The position numbers and the translations under genes were made by a program. From Cycas panzhihuaensis (lineage: Eukaryota; Plantae; Cycadophyta), in assembly GCA_023213395.1 (NCBI GenBank), contig CM041465.1:79863741-79927740 (forward strand): 64,000 bases of DNA. The letters run 5' to 3'. The stretch's first letter is position 1. Each line of letters begins with the position of its first letter. Below the pieces are notes generated by a model that worked only from the letters and a program-made list of their open reading frames with translations, was not told where the DNA came from and ran no database searches. Of this stretch, positions 51,780 through 64,000 are shown piece by piece.

Positions 51780-54700
51780 GCACTAAATGTTTGGTTCATT
51801 GATTCTGGTGCATCAAGACACATGGCTGAAAGGTTAGAATCATTCTTTTAGATGTGGGAAGTGAATTAGAAGGTCACCATTAGGGACAACACCAATTTGG
51901 AGGCCACAGGAGTTGGAAAAGTACCAATTATCATGCTAAAGGGAGAATGATCTTGCTTGGATAATGTTTTGTATGTATGGAATCTGAAGACTAATCTTGT
52001 TTTAGTTGCTAAGATTGAACAATAAGATATGACTGTGACGTTTACTTATTGACAACGCACAATCTAAGAGAAACAAAACAATGTTGCAGCCAATGGACTC
52101 AGAAAGAATAATTTGTATAGATTGTAAGGATGCTCTTATGTACAAAGAGCATTTCTTGTTGTATCTCCAAAATAGAAGTAATGGCCTGAATGAATGGGTC
52201 ATCTAAACTACACTGCTATTTAATTGATGCATAAGTTTTAAATGGTGCATGGTCTTTCTATGTTAAACAATAAAGGTTGTTTGTGTGAACCCTACACATT
52301 TGAAAAACAATATAGAGAGCCCTTTTCGAGGAAGAAAGTGTGGGGAGTTAGAGAGAAGTTAGGATTGGTTCACTCAGATATTTGTGGACCAATGCTTGTT
52401 GTCTTGCTAGGAGGAGTGAGATACTTTATCACTATCATTGATGACTTTTCACAGGGAGCTTGGGTTTTTCCACTGAGGGAAAATTTGCAAGCCTTCACTT
52501 ATTTCAAATAGTTTAAGGAGTTAGTGGAGAATGAAAGTGTAGAGAAGATCAAGGTCTTGCAAATTGACAATGGTGGAGAATACACTTAAAATGAATTCAC
52601 ACAGTTCTGCAAGAATCATGGAATTAAGAGGCAGTTTGCCACTGCCTATACGTCTTAGCATAATGAAGTTGTTGAGTAGATGAATAGAATTTTGGTTGAA
52701 AAAGGCAAGGCAATGATATGAGGTAAGGATGTTATTGATTTCTTATGGACAAAAATTGTGAATACAACAATATATCTGACAAATAGAAGCATTATAAGGG
52801 CTGTTAGGAACATAGCACCTAAGGGGGCTTGGTTAGGTAGGAAACCAATTGTAAGTCATTTGAGAATCTTTGGATGTACAACATACATGTATATTCCCAA
52901 GGAGAAATGATGAAAGTTTGATGATAGAAACACAAAATGCATCCTTGTTGGATGCTTTGAGGAAAGCAAAGTATACAAAGTATATGAGTTGTTAACTCGA
53001 AAAGCTTATATAAATTGTAATGTAAATTTTTAGGAAGATGAGATTCATAATGTTGGTTTAATTGATATTAAAGACTAGGTTGAGAAGCCATCTGAATGTA
53101 GTTCTTTAAGTGATATTATTCAACCTGAATATAAGCCATTTGATATTGGTGATGCAGTAGAATTGAAATCCTTATAGTTTTTAGAAGTTGAATTTGAGTA
53201 GAAGCCAAAGACATAATCAATGGCGAAGCTTGAGTCAAAGCCAGAGAAACTATTTGGCACTTCACCTTCATTTTCGAAGCATAAGCTTCCAAAATTGTAT
53301 TTGAAAATCATAGAGGATGGTGAGAAATTGTTACCTGTTTCTAAGGGAAAGCGAAAATAAAAAATACGACCCTCTAAACAGGTGAATATGGATTTTATGG
53401 CACGTGTTAGATGTAAATAAACCATCTATATCTAAAGAAGCACTCAAAGACTAGAAGCAAAATGACATTATGTAGACTAAAATCTAAGTGGTTAGGAAAA
53501 ACCACATATGGGATTTGGTCAAATTACCTGTTGGCAAGCACACAATCAATTGTAAATAGATCTACAAGAGTAAGTTCAAATCAAATGAATTAGTAGACAA
53601 ATACAAAACTCAACTTGTAGCAAAAAGTTTCAACTAGCAAGAAGAGATTAACTATTAAGAAATATTCATTTTTATTACAAAGATGAACTCTATTCATCTT
53701 ATTATTGCAATAACTACACAATTTAATTGGCAACTACATCAGATGGATATGAAAAGTGTATTTTTGAATGGGGATTTAATTGAAGAAGTTTGCATGGGGT
53801 AGCCACTTGGATTTGTTGAAAAAGGTTATGAGCACTTAGTATGTCGATTTAGGAAGGCCTTCTATAGCTTGAAACAGGCTCCTAGAGCTTGGCATGAAAA
53901 GATTAATTAATACCTTTTGAAGAATGTGTTTAAGAGATCTCTAACTGACTCAAACATATACATCAAAGTAGAAAATGATAAAATCATGTTTATGGTGTTG
54001 TATGCTAATGATCTACTAATCACAAGCAATGATATCGATATGATATTATGCTTGAAGGTAGATCTTAGTCATTTCTTCAAGATGATGGATTTAAGGTTTT
54101 TACATTACTTCCTTGGAGTGGAAGTATAACAAAGGCCTAAGCATGTTTTTATCTCGCAGGTGAAGTACACTTAGAAAATTCTGGGGAAATTTGGAATTGA
54201 TGATTGTAAACCCGCATACTTCTATGGAGATAAGTGCTAGATTGATAATGAAAGAAGGTGGAGTAGACGTTAATTCAACATTGTACAAACCATTAGTGAG
54301 AAGTCTAATATACTTGATTACTACTATACCTAATAGATCTTTTGCAGTTGGATGGTGTTCAGATTTATGGTAGCAACACAATAAAGTCATTGAAAAGCTA
54401 CAAAGAGGAACCTCAAATATTTGAAAATGATGATTCAATATGGACTTAAATTCCAGCATAATGATAATTTCAAGTTGACAGGATTTGCAAATTTTGATTG
54501 GGCTAGATGTACAGATAGCAAAATGTCAACTTCTGAATACTGTTTTAATTTGGGTTAGATACTACCACATGAAGTAGTAAAAAGTAATCAAGTGTTGCTT
54601 TATCTTCTACTTAAGTAGAGTGCAAGGGTACAATTATAGCAATTACTGAAGCTATTTGGTTACAATAGATTCTGGAGAACATGGGACTATTACAATTATA

Positions 54701-54923
54701 ATCAACTTTCTTGTACTGTGACAATTAGAGTACTTTGAAAATTGCAGAAAATCTTGTGTTCTATGCTCACACTAAGTATATTGAGATGCATTATCACTTT
54801 ATTTGAGAGTTGATGAAAACAAGTGTGATTGAGATGGTGTATAGATCGACAGAAGGACAACTAGTTGACATATTCACCAAACCATTGGCACATGATACAT
54901 TCCAGACTCTTAGGGATGGTTTG
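51780..54923 (+). pseudogene. pol: Copia pol (PR, GAG-pre-integrase, integrase, RT, RNase H) of element 34349-61773
   Basis: WFIDSGASRHM; LVHSDICGPM..IIDDFS; DNGGEY; HQMDMKSVFLNG; VLYANDLL; HYFLGVEV; QLVDIFTKPL. Confidence 0.92.
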
Positions 54924-57900
54924 TGTTAACATGGCAGTTAATTATTAAGCCACTTAGTTAATGTTAATGTGGTTTAATTAAGTGAAAATATGTGAAGTCA
55001 AAATGTGCAACTTATTCAGAGGGTCACAACCCTAATCAGTTGACACCTCTTGGAAGAATATATAATCCTTGAGTTCTTGTATATTCATTATATCAAGCCA
55101 TTGTGAAATAATCAATGTGATTCATCAAGGATCCATTTGTGGTGGGTTTTTTCTTGAAAGGGTTTTTCCACGTAAATCCTATGTATTGTGCACATGTTTT
55201 CTGTGTGTACTCTTGTTTACTTGTTGTGTATGGTTAAAGATTTTGCGGATGGAAACATTTGTGTATGATTTCATGTTTCCGAACATGGTATTAGAGTTGT
55301 AGGGTCCTACATAGCTGAAGTTCGATGTTGAGTAGGGCGATGGAATCATTGGTTGCTGGGTAACGCCGTCTAACCCAAGACGAGTCTTGAGGGTCTATCA
55401 ACCACAGCTATGGGCAGAAGTAGGCACAACGAATCAGTGGTGGTTGAAGCTGTGAAATTCACTATTTGATGAAGAATAAAGGTTGATTGGAGTTGATATT
55501 TAGGCATGAAAACCACGTTTGAGTTTGGAGTTGGCTCGTTGGGGGTCATCTGAAGCGGGTTGAAGAACTGTAGTAGTAATTCAATCCAACGAAGCACGTG
55601 TTGATGGTGATACGATGACTTTAAGGACAACCATCAAAGTGTACATGTAAGCCGGTTATTTACTCATGAAAAACACTATAAAATTCAAAAAAGGGTGTTG
55701 TTTTTGGATATACCTGTGACTAGTCTATATAAGGAAGAGATTGGAGCCTTCTTGGAACATTTTTCAGCCCTCTATATTGAGATTAGATTGTGTATATAAC
55801 AACTCCAAATATTTTCTGCTATATTTTTGAGTTGTAGTGTCTCTCTTTTGGGTATGTGACCCCACATCTCTGCTATAAACGCATTTTGGAGCCTGCATTT
55901 GGATGTTAAGAGATAGTTGGGTTATTTTTTGTGCTGATGAGGAGACATGTGTACATGATTTAAGCCTATTACAACCGTACTAATGCTGGTTGAGTACACT
56001 TCAATGTGTTTAGGCATTTTTCTCACTATCTAAGCGTTGATTGGCAATATCTGAGTACTTTTTTCACTGTTTGAGCATTGGTTTGTGTTTGTTGGGTGTT
56101 GTTCACATTGTGTGTGTGCTGGTTTATGATGGCTGGGCACTATCCTCAGTGATTGGGTGCTAATCTAAGGTGGTTGGGTGCATTTCCTTGCAGTTGGGCA
56201 TCCTTATCTTTGGATGGGTATCTTTTTACATTGGTTGGGCGTGTGTTGTGTTGACTGGGCATGATTAGCAGGCTGTTGGGCGAAGCTAGGACAGTTTACT
56301 AGTCGTACAAAGGCTGCATTTGCTTACTTCGTTGTGTGTTGGTCTATGTATGGTACACAGGCTGTGTATTTGTTGTGGTAGCCACATCTCTTATCACCAT
56401 GTAGTGCGACTTTTCAATTGCATTATTTGATGTTTGTTTGCTGAGTTCAAACATTGGAATATTATTAATATGTCTTATTGAAGAATTAGAGCACGTAGGT
56501 TAAGTGATAAGGTGCGGCTCTTCATAAAAGGTCGCAATTGTTGGAATATAGTCTCTAGTATATTCCCCTCAATTTAACATTATAAAAAGTGACCCTTACC
56601 ATTGATATTACACATAATTTTTCATAGTGTGAAGTTATTTGATGTCATTTCGACCCCTCGTGAGTCGTTTTCAGCGTAGATCAAGGTGGATTATCGTGTT
56701 TGGTGACTTGGAGATTGTGCATCATCACTTGTGGAACCATCCTTTGGTTTGGAGCATGTTTTTTAAGCATTTTTTGTGTCGATTGTGACATTTACATGGC
56801 TATTTAAGGCCATTTGTTGATGGTTGATGAGGGATAAACAGTCGGTGACTCACTTAACGTGGGTATAGTTGGTGTTGGCTGCCCTTGGAAGCGTGCTTGT
56901 GAGCCAAAGGAAGACACATGGGTGCATTTTGTCTTGCAGTCGTTCATTTTTTGTGTCGATTGATTCATATTGAACCCTGTTTCTCGAGATGGAGCACATT
57001 ATATCCAAAGTTATCTTCAATGGTAACAATTTTAGCGAGTGGAAGGCCAATATGGAGCTTATTTTGATGATGAATCAACTTTGGGGTATCACCAATGCGA
57101 AAGTGGACGCAATTCCACTAGACCATAAAGAGAAAATTTATCTCGAAGAGAAGAAATTTATGGCCGTGGGACTGTTGAAATTGTCACTGGCATCGGACCA
57201 GAGAGCGTTGGTTCATAATTTAGACGAACCATATGAGATATGGACAAAACTATGTGATACGTTTGAAAAGAAGCAGACGAATAGGCATCTTGCACTGATG
57301 TTGAAGTTACTCAACTCGCGTGTGGAGGATGAGAACAACATCAACTCCTACCTTAACAAGATTACATACTTGAAGAATAATCTAGAGGAACTAAAGCCAA
57401 ACTCGATCGATGATGCGTTGTTATTCACAATAATCATGTCAAAACTGTCAGCTGCCTTCACCACATTCCAAACCATTTATGTTAGAGACGAAGTGATGGA
57501 AGCAGAGACGTTTGATGGGCTTAAAAACCTGATTCTAGCAGAGGATGCCAAGCTCAAACATCATGGTATGCTTGGAGGTTTTAGTTCAAGTCAGGCCTTA
57601 GCCATGAAAACTCAGAGGAAGGAGGTTGCTAAGGAAGAGAAGATCACATAGAGGTTAGAAGAAAGTTTGCATGACAAAAGAAAGTTCAACGGGAAATGCA
57701 ATTATTGCAAAAAGGATGGTCACCGCGAGAAGAACTGTTGGTTCGAGCATCGTGACAAGTGCAAAGTCAATCAGGATGATAAATGGAAGAACGTTGCTGC
57801 TCACTGCATCCAAGCAAAAGCCTTATCAGTCGAGTTAGATCAGAGAGATTATTGGGTGCTAGACTCTAGAGTGCAGAAGCACATTTCTTACCAGAGGTAG

Positions 57901-60900
57901 AACTTTGATACAATGACTTCAAATCAGAGTGGTGTTGAGATTATTCTTGGAGATGCTCGCGTTTTGTCAGCAGAAGGTATCAACGAAGTTTCTATTGCAA
58001 GAGGTAAATTTACTGGGGTATATTATGTACCGAAGATACACTTGAACTTTCTTTCAACCTGCGTAATCTGCAAACAAGGCATGGAGATAGAGCTCTATGA
58101 TGACAAATGCCTAATTAAGGATCCAAAATAGAACTTTGTTGTTATAGCTATTGAGAAAGTCATGAACAACTTTTAGGTGTTTGAGAAGTTTCAATCTCAA
58201 AAGAAGTCCTATGCCTTTGTTGCCAACATAAATGACGTGAGCAATTTGTGGCACAATCTCCTAGGGCACCTTAATTACATGAATATTGCACTACTGAAGA
58301 GGTTGAAGATGGTGGAAGGATTATTGTCGGTTACCTGCTCAGATGGTGTGTGTGAAGGGTGTATGTATAGCAAGTACCACTACTACCCTTTTGCTCGTGA
58401 TAATGCATGGAGAGCCAAGGAGAAGCTAGAGCTTGTACATTCAAACATAATGGGTCCTCTTCATAACCCTTCGATATCTGGAGCTCATTATACCCTTGTA
58501 TTTACAGATGACTATACCAGGAAGGCCTGTGTTTATTTTCTCAAGAATAAGTCAGACGTGTTTGATCACTTTCGTGACTAGAAAGTGATGGTTGAAAATG
58601 AATGTAATAAGAAAATAAAGTTGTTAAGAAGTGATAATGGCAAGGAATACGACAACCATGCGTTCAATCAATTATATCACAATCATGGTATAAAGCAGGA
58701 ATTTACGGTCCAGTATACTCCACAACAGAATAGAGTTGCTGAAAGAAAAAATCATACCATGATGGAGATGGCGAGGTGTATGGTCCACATTAAAAACTTG
58801 CCACCGGAGTTTTGGGTAGAAGCTGTGGTGACTGTTATTTATATTTTGAATCGAGTACCCACTCAAATAGTTCACATCATGACCACCAAAGAAAAATGGA
58901 CCGGCCGTAAGCCTCTCATTAGCCATTTAAGAACAATTGGGTGTATTACATACGCCTATATCTTAGATGATACTCGCAAGAAGTTAGATTGGAAGAGTCT
59001 AAAGTGCATATTCATAGGGTATTGCACTGGGAATAAAGCCTATAGACTATGAGATCCACGGGGGGAGAAGATTGTGGTTAGTCGGGATATAAAATTTGAT
59101 GAGTCATCGACGTATCATGTTGACAGATCATCAGAGAAGCCTTTTAAACCCCCCCTTCTCCCATTCCCAGATTCATCAAGCAAAGAGGATAATAAGCCAG
59201 TCACTAGAACACATGAGGAAGTAGGATCAAGTAGGATTAGTAATAGTGAGGAGCTACCGCGAGATGAAGTACCTCTAGCAACGGGTCCTTCACTACCTTT
59301 ATGGGTAAAGAAGACTCTAGAAAATTCTAGTGTGGCAATGCATACCTTAATTGATGATTGAAGAACACAAAGTTAGCATGCGAGTCGAACTCTGTTGGTA
59401 GACACCAACGATTCTAGTGATCTTGATTCGTTTGATGAAGCGAAAGGAGATCCACAATGGAGAGTTGCAAGGGGGGAGGAGTATAGTTCTCTGCTGAAGA
59501 ACGATATATGGGATTTGGTTCCACTACCTTTGATGAAGAACCTTGTGGGATGCAAGTGGGTCTACAAGATGAAGTTCTGCTCTAATGGAGAGGTGGACAA
59601 GTATAAGGCCAGACTTGTTACGCAGGGATTCAAGCAGAAAGGAGGAATTGACTATGAGAAGACGTTTGCACCAGTCTCCAGAATGATAACAGTCTGATTG
59701 CTCATTTCCTTAGTAGCTACTTATGGTTAGGAGTTATACCAGATGGATGTAAAGTCTGCATTCTTTAATGAAGATCTAAAGGAGGAGATATATATGTCGT
59801 AGCCTCTGGGATTCATTAAGGATGGCCAGGAGCACTTTGTCTGCCATCTGAAGAAGTCAATTGATGGATTGAAACAAGAACCTCTTGCTTGGTATGAAAA
59901 TATGGATGTGAAGTTGAAAGCTGAAGGTTTCGAGATTTCAAAACTCGACCCAAATCTATATATAAAGAGAAGAGGGACTTCAATAGTTGCTTGCATGGTA
60001 TATGTGGATGATTTGGTCATTGGCAGTAATTATGGCAAGGCTATTGCTAAATTCAAATCTAATCTGGGAGCTTCATTTGACATGATAGACCTTGGGAGAC
60101 TTCACTACTTCTTGGGCATTCAGGTCAGGCAGATAGATGGCATGATCGTGTTGTTGCAGTCACAGTATATGAAAAACTTGCTGGAGAAATTTGGAATGCA
60201 GAATTACAAACTAGTTATAACACCATACGCAAAAGATGCTAAGTTGTAGAAGGATATAACCAAGCCCTATGTAGATGGCACAAAGTATCGCCAGTTGGTA
60301 GGGAGTTTGATCTATTTGACTCATACCAGGCCTGATATCGCATACGCTGTCAGGTTGGTTTCCCGTTACATGTAGAATATTCAGGAACCTCATTTGGTTG
60401 TTGCGAAGTGAATTCTAAAGTATTTGAAAGGGATAATCAATATTGGTCTTGAATACCATCGAGTTGAAGAGATACGATTGCATGACTACATGAACGCTGA
60501 TTGGAGAGGAGATTCTGACGATCGGAAGTCCATTGTTGGATATCTGTTTGGTGTTGGCAATGGATTTGTTTTGTAGCAGTCGAAGAAGTAGCAGACAATG
60601 GCATTCACTTTTACAGAGGCAAAATATCAAGGACTCAATGTAGGTGCGAAGGAAGTCGTATGGGTGCAACGTCTCTTGGAGTTTTTTAGAGTTTCAAATG
60701 GATACCTGGTTATCTTTGTTGATAATCAAAGTACCATTCACCTATCGAAGAATCCAGAGTTTCATACGCATACGAAGCACATTGAGATTCAATGCCATTA
60801 GGGAAGCTATAGGTCGACTACTGATCGAGTGAATTCCAACTTGTGGATGTGTTCACCAAACCTCTCACTGAAGATCAATTCACGAAGATGCGTATCAGAC

Positions 60901-61394
60901 TTGGACTCACCAATGTCATCCTTGAGGGAGGATGTATTGACAAGGATAAAGAAGCTATAAGATAATCCCAACCTTCTTGATAACTCAGCAATTGCAGTTG
61001 GCAGGGTCCCCACATTCACATTAAGAGGAGAATGTTAACGTGGCAGTTAATTATTAAGCCACTTAGTTAATGTTAATATGGTTTAATTATGTGAAAAGGT
61101 GCGAAGCCAAAAGGTGCAACTTATTCAGAGGGTCACAACTCTAATCGGGTGAAACCTCTTGGAAGAATATATAATCCTTGAGTCCTTGTATATTCATTGT
61201 ATCAAACTATTGTGAAATAATCAATGTGATCCATCAAGGATCCTTTTGTGATAGGTTTTTTCCTGAAAGGGTTTTCTCACGTAAATCCTGTGTACTGTGC
61301 ATCTGTTTTCTGTGTGTACTCTTGTTTGCTTGTTGTGTATGGTTAAAGATTCTGCAGATGGGAACATTTGTGTATGATTTCATGTTCCCAGACA
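54924..61394 (+). mobile_element. Full-length Ty1/copia LTR retrotransposon (decayed)
   Basis: 362-bp LTRs 54924-55285 and 61033-61394. PBS TGGTATTAGAG at 55286. PPT TTAAGAGGAGAA. TSD GTTTG/ATTTG. Confidence 0.95.
56989..60920 (+). pseudogene. pol: Copia gag-pol polyprotein with stops
   Basis: FNGNNFSEWKANM; CNYCKKDGHREKNC; WVLDS; LWHNLLGHLN; LVHSNIMGP; LRSDNGKEY; KARLVTQGF; VYVDDLVI; VDNQSTI..TKHIEI. Confidence 0.95.
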
Positions 61395-62939
61395 ATTTGT
61401 GTCAAGAAAAATGAAATAAACAATTAGAGGGAGTGTTAATTATTAATGTTTATTTTTGCTTTATAACTTCGGGCTATGAATCTCCCCTTAATATTTATAT
61501 TTTATTAGCTCTAGTTTTTTTTGATGTTTATGTGAGTGGTGAGTCAATCGAGGTTACAACTCTCACCTCACATGTGCCATTTAGTTAGGATTAATATTCT
61601 GTTTTGATATTGTATTTATGTACATATAATGCATTGTAAAAATAACAGTATTAATTGTAATGAGAGATGATTTTGGAATGAGATTTTATCGAATATTTTA
61701 AAATTAATTTTCATGTGTTTGATAGGTTAATATTGCCAACTTAGGTTCACAATTGCATGCCTTGTAGTTAACAAAAAGACCCAAGGATGAAGGTCTTACC
61801 ATAAATAATGTCTATATATTTCAAGATGGCCTTGTTGATGAAACAATGATCAGGTATAAGGACTTGACCTTTGAGCCTGATGAATTTGTAGTTGAGGCAT
61901 CAACTTCATATGACCAATCTTCCTTGCTAGAAATGAATATGCCTAACTTCATTGATGGAGAGGATTCATAATGGATCTTTAGGGGATTAGTTGCCATCAT
62001 AAGAGCCTAGGCTGCCTAAAATGCCCAGACTTTTTGTCAAGGACACTAGAGTGACGTGGATTCCAATACTCCAACAAATGTTCTTCCTCAGATTGGTGAC
62101 AATAGGGGAGGTAAGGCCAATAATTTCCAAAGAAATGTTGCTTTAAGAAAATTTTCAAATCCTCAAGGCCTAGTTGTTCCTTATAATTTTAGTCAACCTT
62201 TTGAGCAATATGACATTATGAAAGACTTAGTTTGATTCCAAACTAATATTAACCTTGTTTAAGCTCTCACTCTCCTTGATCAAAGTGCCAAAATAATGGA
62301 CATTTTGAAAAATAAAGGTCAAATGCTTAAAGCACCTATTCAAGAAGTGCATGCTAAGATGTCATCACCTGTTGAAGGTTTGCCCACTCTAACATCTTCT
62401 AATTTTGAACCTTTCATATTTCTCTCAAGATTTTTAATAAATACATTCTATACAATTGCATAGTTGACATGGGAGCTATTTAAATTTGATATCCTATGAT
62501 GTCATGAAATCTCTAAACCTAGAATGTGTGAAGTCTATCCAAAATCTCAAAGGTTTGATGGAAAGACTATGACTTTAGTTGGAGTAATAAAGGATATGGT
62601 CGTCAATGTTGTTGTGAATCCCAAGGTGATAACTGTGTTTAATGTGATAATTGTGGCATGAAGCTCCTTATGGCATGTTTTTGGGCAAACAATAGGCCAT
62701 TGATATCATAGTAGTTCCAACATCTACATGTCCTATATCACAATTCTAGTGGGTAAAGATCTTATTCAACTGCAAAGGGAAGATCAAGCAAAAGGGAATA
62801 TTGATCACCTTAGTGAGGGTGCATTGGATTGCTTATTTGACTATGTAAGATTGGAGACGTATATAGTTTTTGACAATTTCCAAGATTGTCTACAAACAAA
62901 GGAAGAAGAGGCATTTTGCTCATAGTGCAATGATGATGA

Positions 62940-63400
62940 TCATCTTTCAATACTATATTTGGATGGAGCCAAGTCAAAACTAGGAGTTGGTGATGGTATT
63001 ATTTTGAAGCCTCCTCAATCCCAATCTTTTTCATTTTCTTTGAAAATTTTGCTCCTTTGGAGTCTCCTCAATCCAAATCTTTTTTATTTTCTTTGAAAAA
63101 TTTGTTCAAATGCACTAGCAATATGATTGAGTACGAAGCCCTAATTTGGGGTTGAATAAAACAAAGGAGTTGGACATGAAATTGCTTAAGCTTTTGGGAT
63201 ACTTTAAATTGATTATGAATCGAGTTAGAGCCTTGTGCTTAATGGAGTGCAAAAGACTAGAGAGATACAAGGAAAAAGTCATTGAGATGATTGAAGACTT
63301 TAAGGTTTTCTCCATCTCACATACTCCCAAAGAAGACAATCGACTTGCTAATTTGTTGGTAGTTTCTACGTCTCTTTTGGAGATAGATTTATGTGATCAG
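62940..63400 (+). pseudogene. Archaeal-type RNase H (aRH) domain of Tat-like gypsy, directly after protease
   Basis: LYLDGAKSKLGVGDGIILKPP...YEALIWGL..LKLLGYFKLIMNRV..FSISHTPKEDNRLANLL. Confidence 0.75.
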
Positions 63401-63481
63401 AGGCACAAAATAATTAAGATCGTTTTTAGAACATCCATTTCTAGCAATTGGATCCATTCACAAAATTATACTCTGATACCA

Positions 63482-63826
63482 TGTTAAAATTTATGATAGT
63501 AGAATTGATATGTTAGTAAACACCTATATGCAAGTAGGTTGACAAAATTTTTTACACAAAGCAGATCTGAGTAGAGTAAATGCACACAGGACACTAGAAT
63601 TGATGTGAAAAACTCTCTCGAGTGAAAACCCACCTAAATAATATTATTTTACATTTTTAACAAATCTAGTGTACATATAATGAACATTAGATCTATATTT
63701 ATAAATCTCAAGTGTCCCAAATAATTAGGGTTACATCTGTTGGCTTATCCAATATTACATTAAGAATATTTTGCACATTAACACACCACACATTAACATT
63801 AGTCGGTATGGTAATATATTTCAACA
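63482..63826 (-). repeat. Copia LTR flanked by both a PBS and a PPT
   Basis: TGTT...AACA. rc PBS ACTCTGATACCA at 63470-63481 on the left, rc PPT TCCCCTTTTAA on the right. Confidence 0.75.
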
Positions 63827-64000
63827 TCCCCTTTTAACGTGAATGTGGAGTATCAAGGTTTATCCTTGGCAATAGATCTCCACTCAAGGATAACCTTACC
63901 CAATATGCACGAATGTCAATATAGCGATATTCAGTTAGAGCTTGGTGAACATGTCCACAAGTTGATCTTCACTTGGACAAACTTCAACATGCATCTTCCT
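63827..64000 (-). mobile_element. 3' end (RNase H tail, 3' UTR) of a Copia element extending beyond the window
   Basis: Minus strand RKMHVEVCPSEDQLVDMFTK. 3' UTR resembles that of 54924-61394. Confidence 0.8.

Larger units (their letters stand above)
34349..61773 (+). mobile_element. Ty1/copia LTR retrotransposon hosting four younger insertions
   Basis: LTRs 34349-35029 (with Helitron insert) and 61434-61773. Degenerate PBS TAGTATCTGAGC at 35030. PPT ATTAGAGGGAG. TSD AAAGG/AAAAG. gag from 46016, pol 51780-54923. Confidence 0.88.
32125..63470 (+). mobile_element. Old Ty3/gypsy Tat-like element (LTR-like 5' part, gag, protease, aRH), split by the 27-kb Copia nest 34349-61773
   Basis: gag remnant 33290-34340. 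Reading continues after 61778 into protease (NCIVDMGA..) and RNase HI-like domain. Outer boundaries uncertain. Confidence 0.65.

Overview
Eukaryotic (land-plant, probably gymnosperm-like) nuclear heterochromatin with no intact host gene. Most of the window is a nested stack of decayed LTR retrotransposons that can be resolved by LTR pairs, PBS/PPT and 5-bp target-site duplications (TSDs). Ty1/copia elements lie at 1-2625, 2979-8197, 11136-18153, ~22698-27719, 34349-61773, 46682-51462, 54924-61394 and 63482-64000. Ty3/gypsy elements lie at 9019-22424 (chromovirus), 35123-44494 (tRNA-Glu PBS, no recognisable integrase, 21-bp minisatellite, extra 3' ORF) and ~32125-63470 (Tat-like, PROT-aRH order). 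A CpG-rich 2.5-kb solo LTR sits at 23419-25883. The most notable content is host-gene cargo. Two gag-only (pol-deleted) Copia elements carry host coding fragments between PBS and gag: a P4-ATPase/ALA flippase fragment in one, and an intron-less GRP7-type RRM fused head-to-head with plastid-targeted RPS13 in the other. A separate ~2-kb cluster holds co-oriented intron-less retrocopies (MnmA, a PPR fragment, a near-complete UDP-Gal/UDP-Glc transporter UTR1/3). Two related ~300-350 bp non-autonomous Helitrons sit head-to-head at 33884-34181 and 34407-34753. Protein identifications are by recognition of motifs in manual translations; no database search was run.
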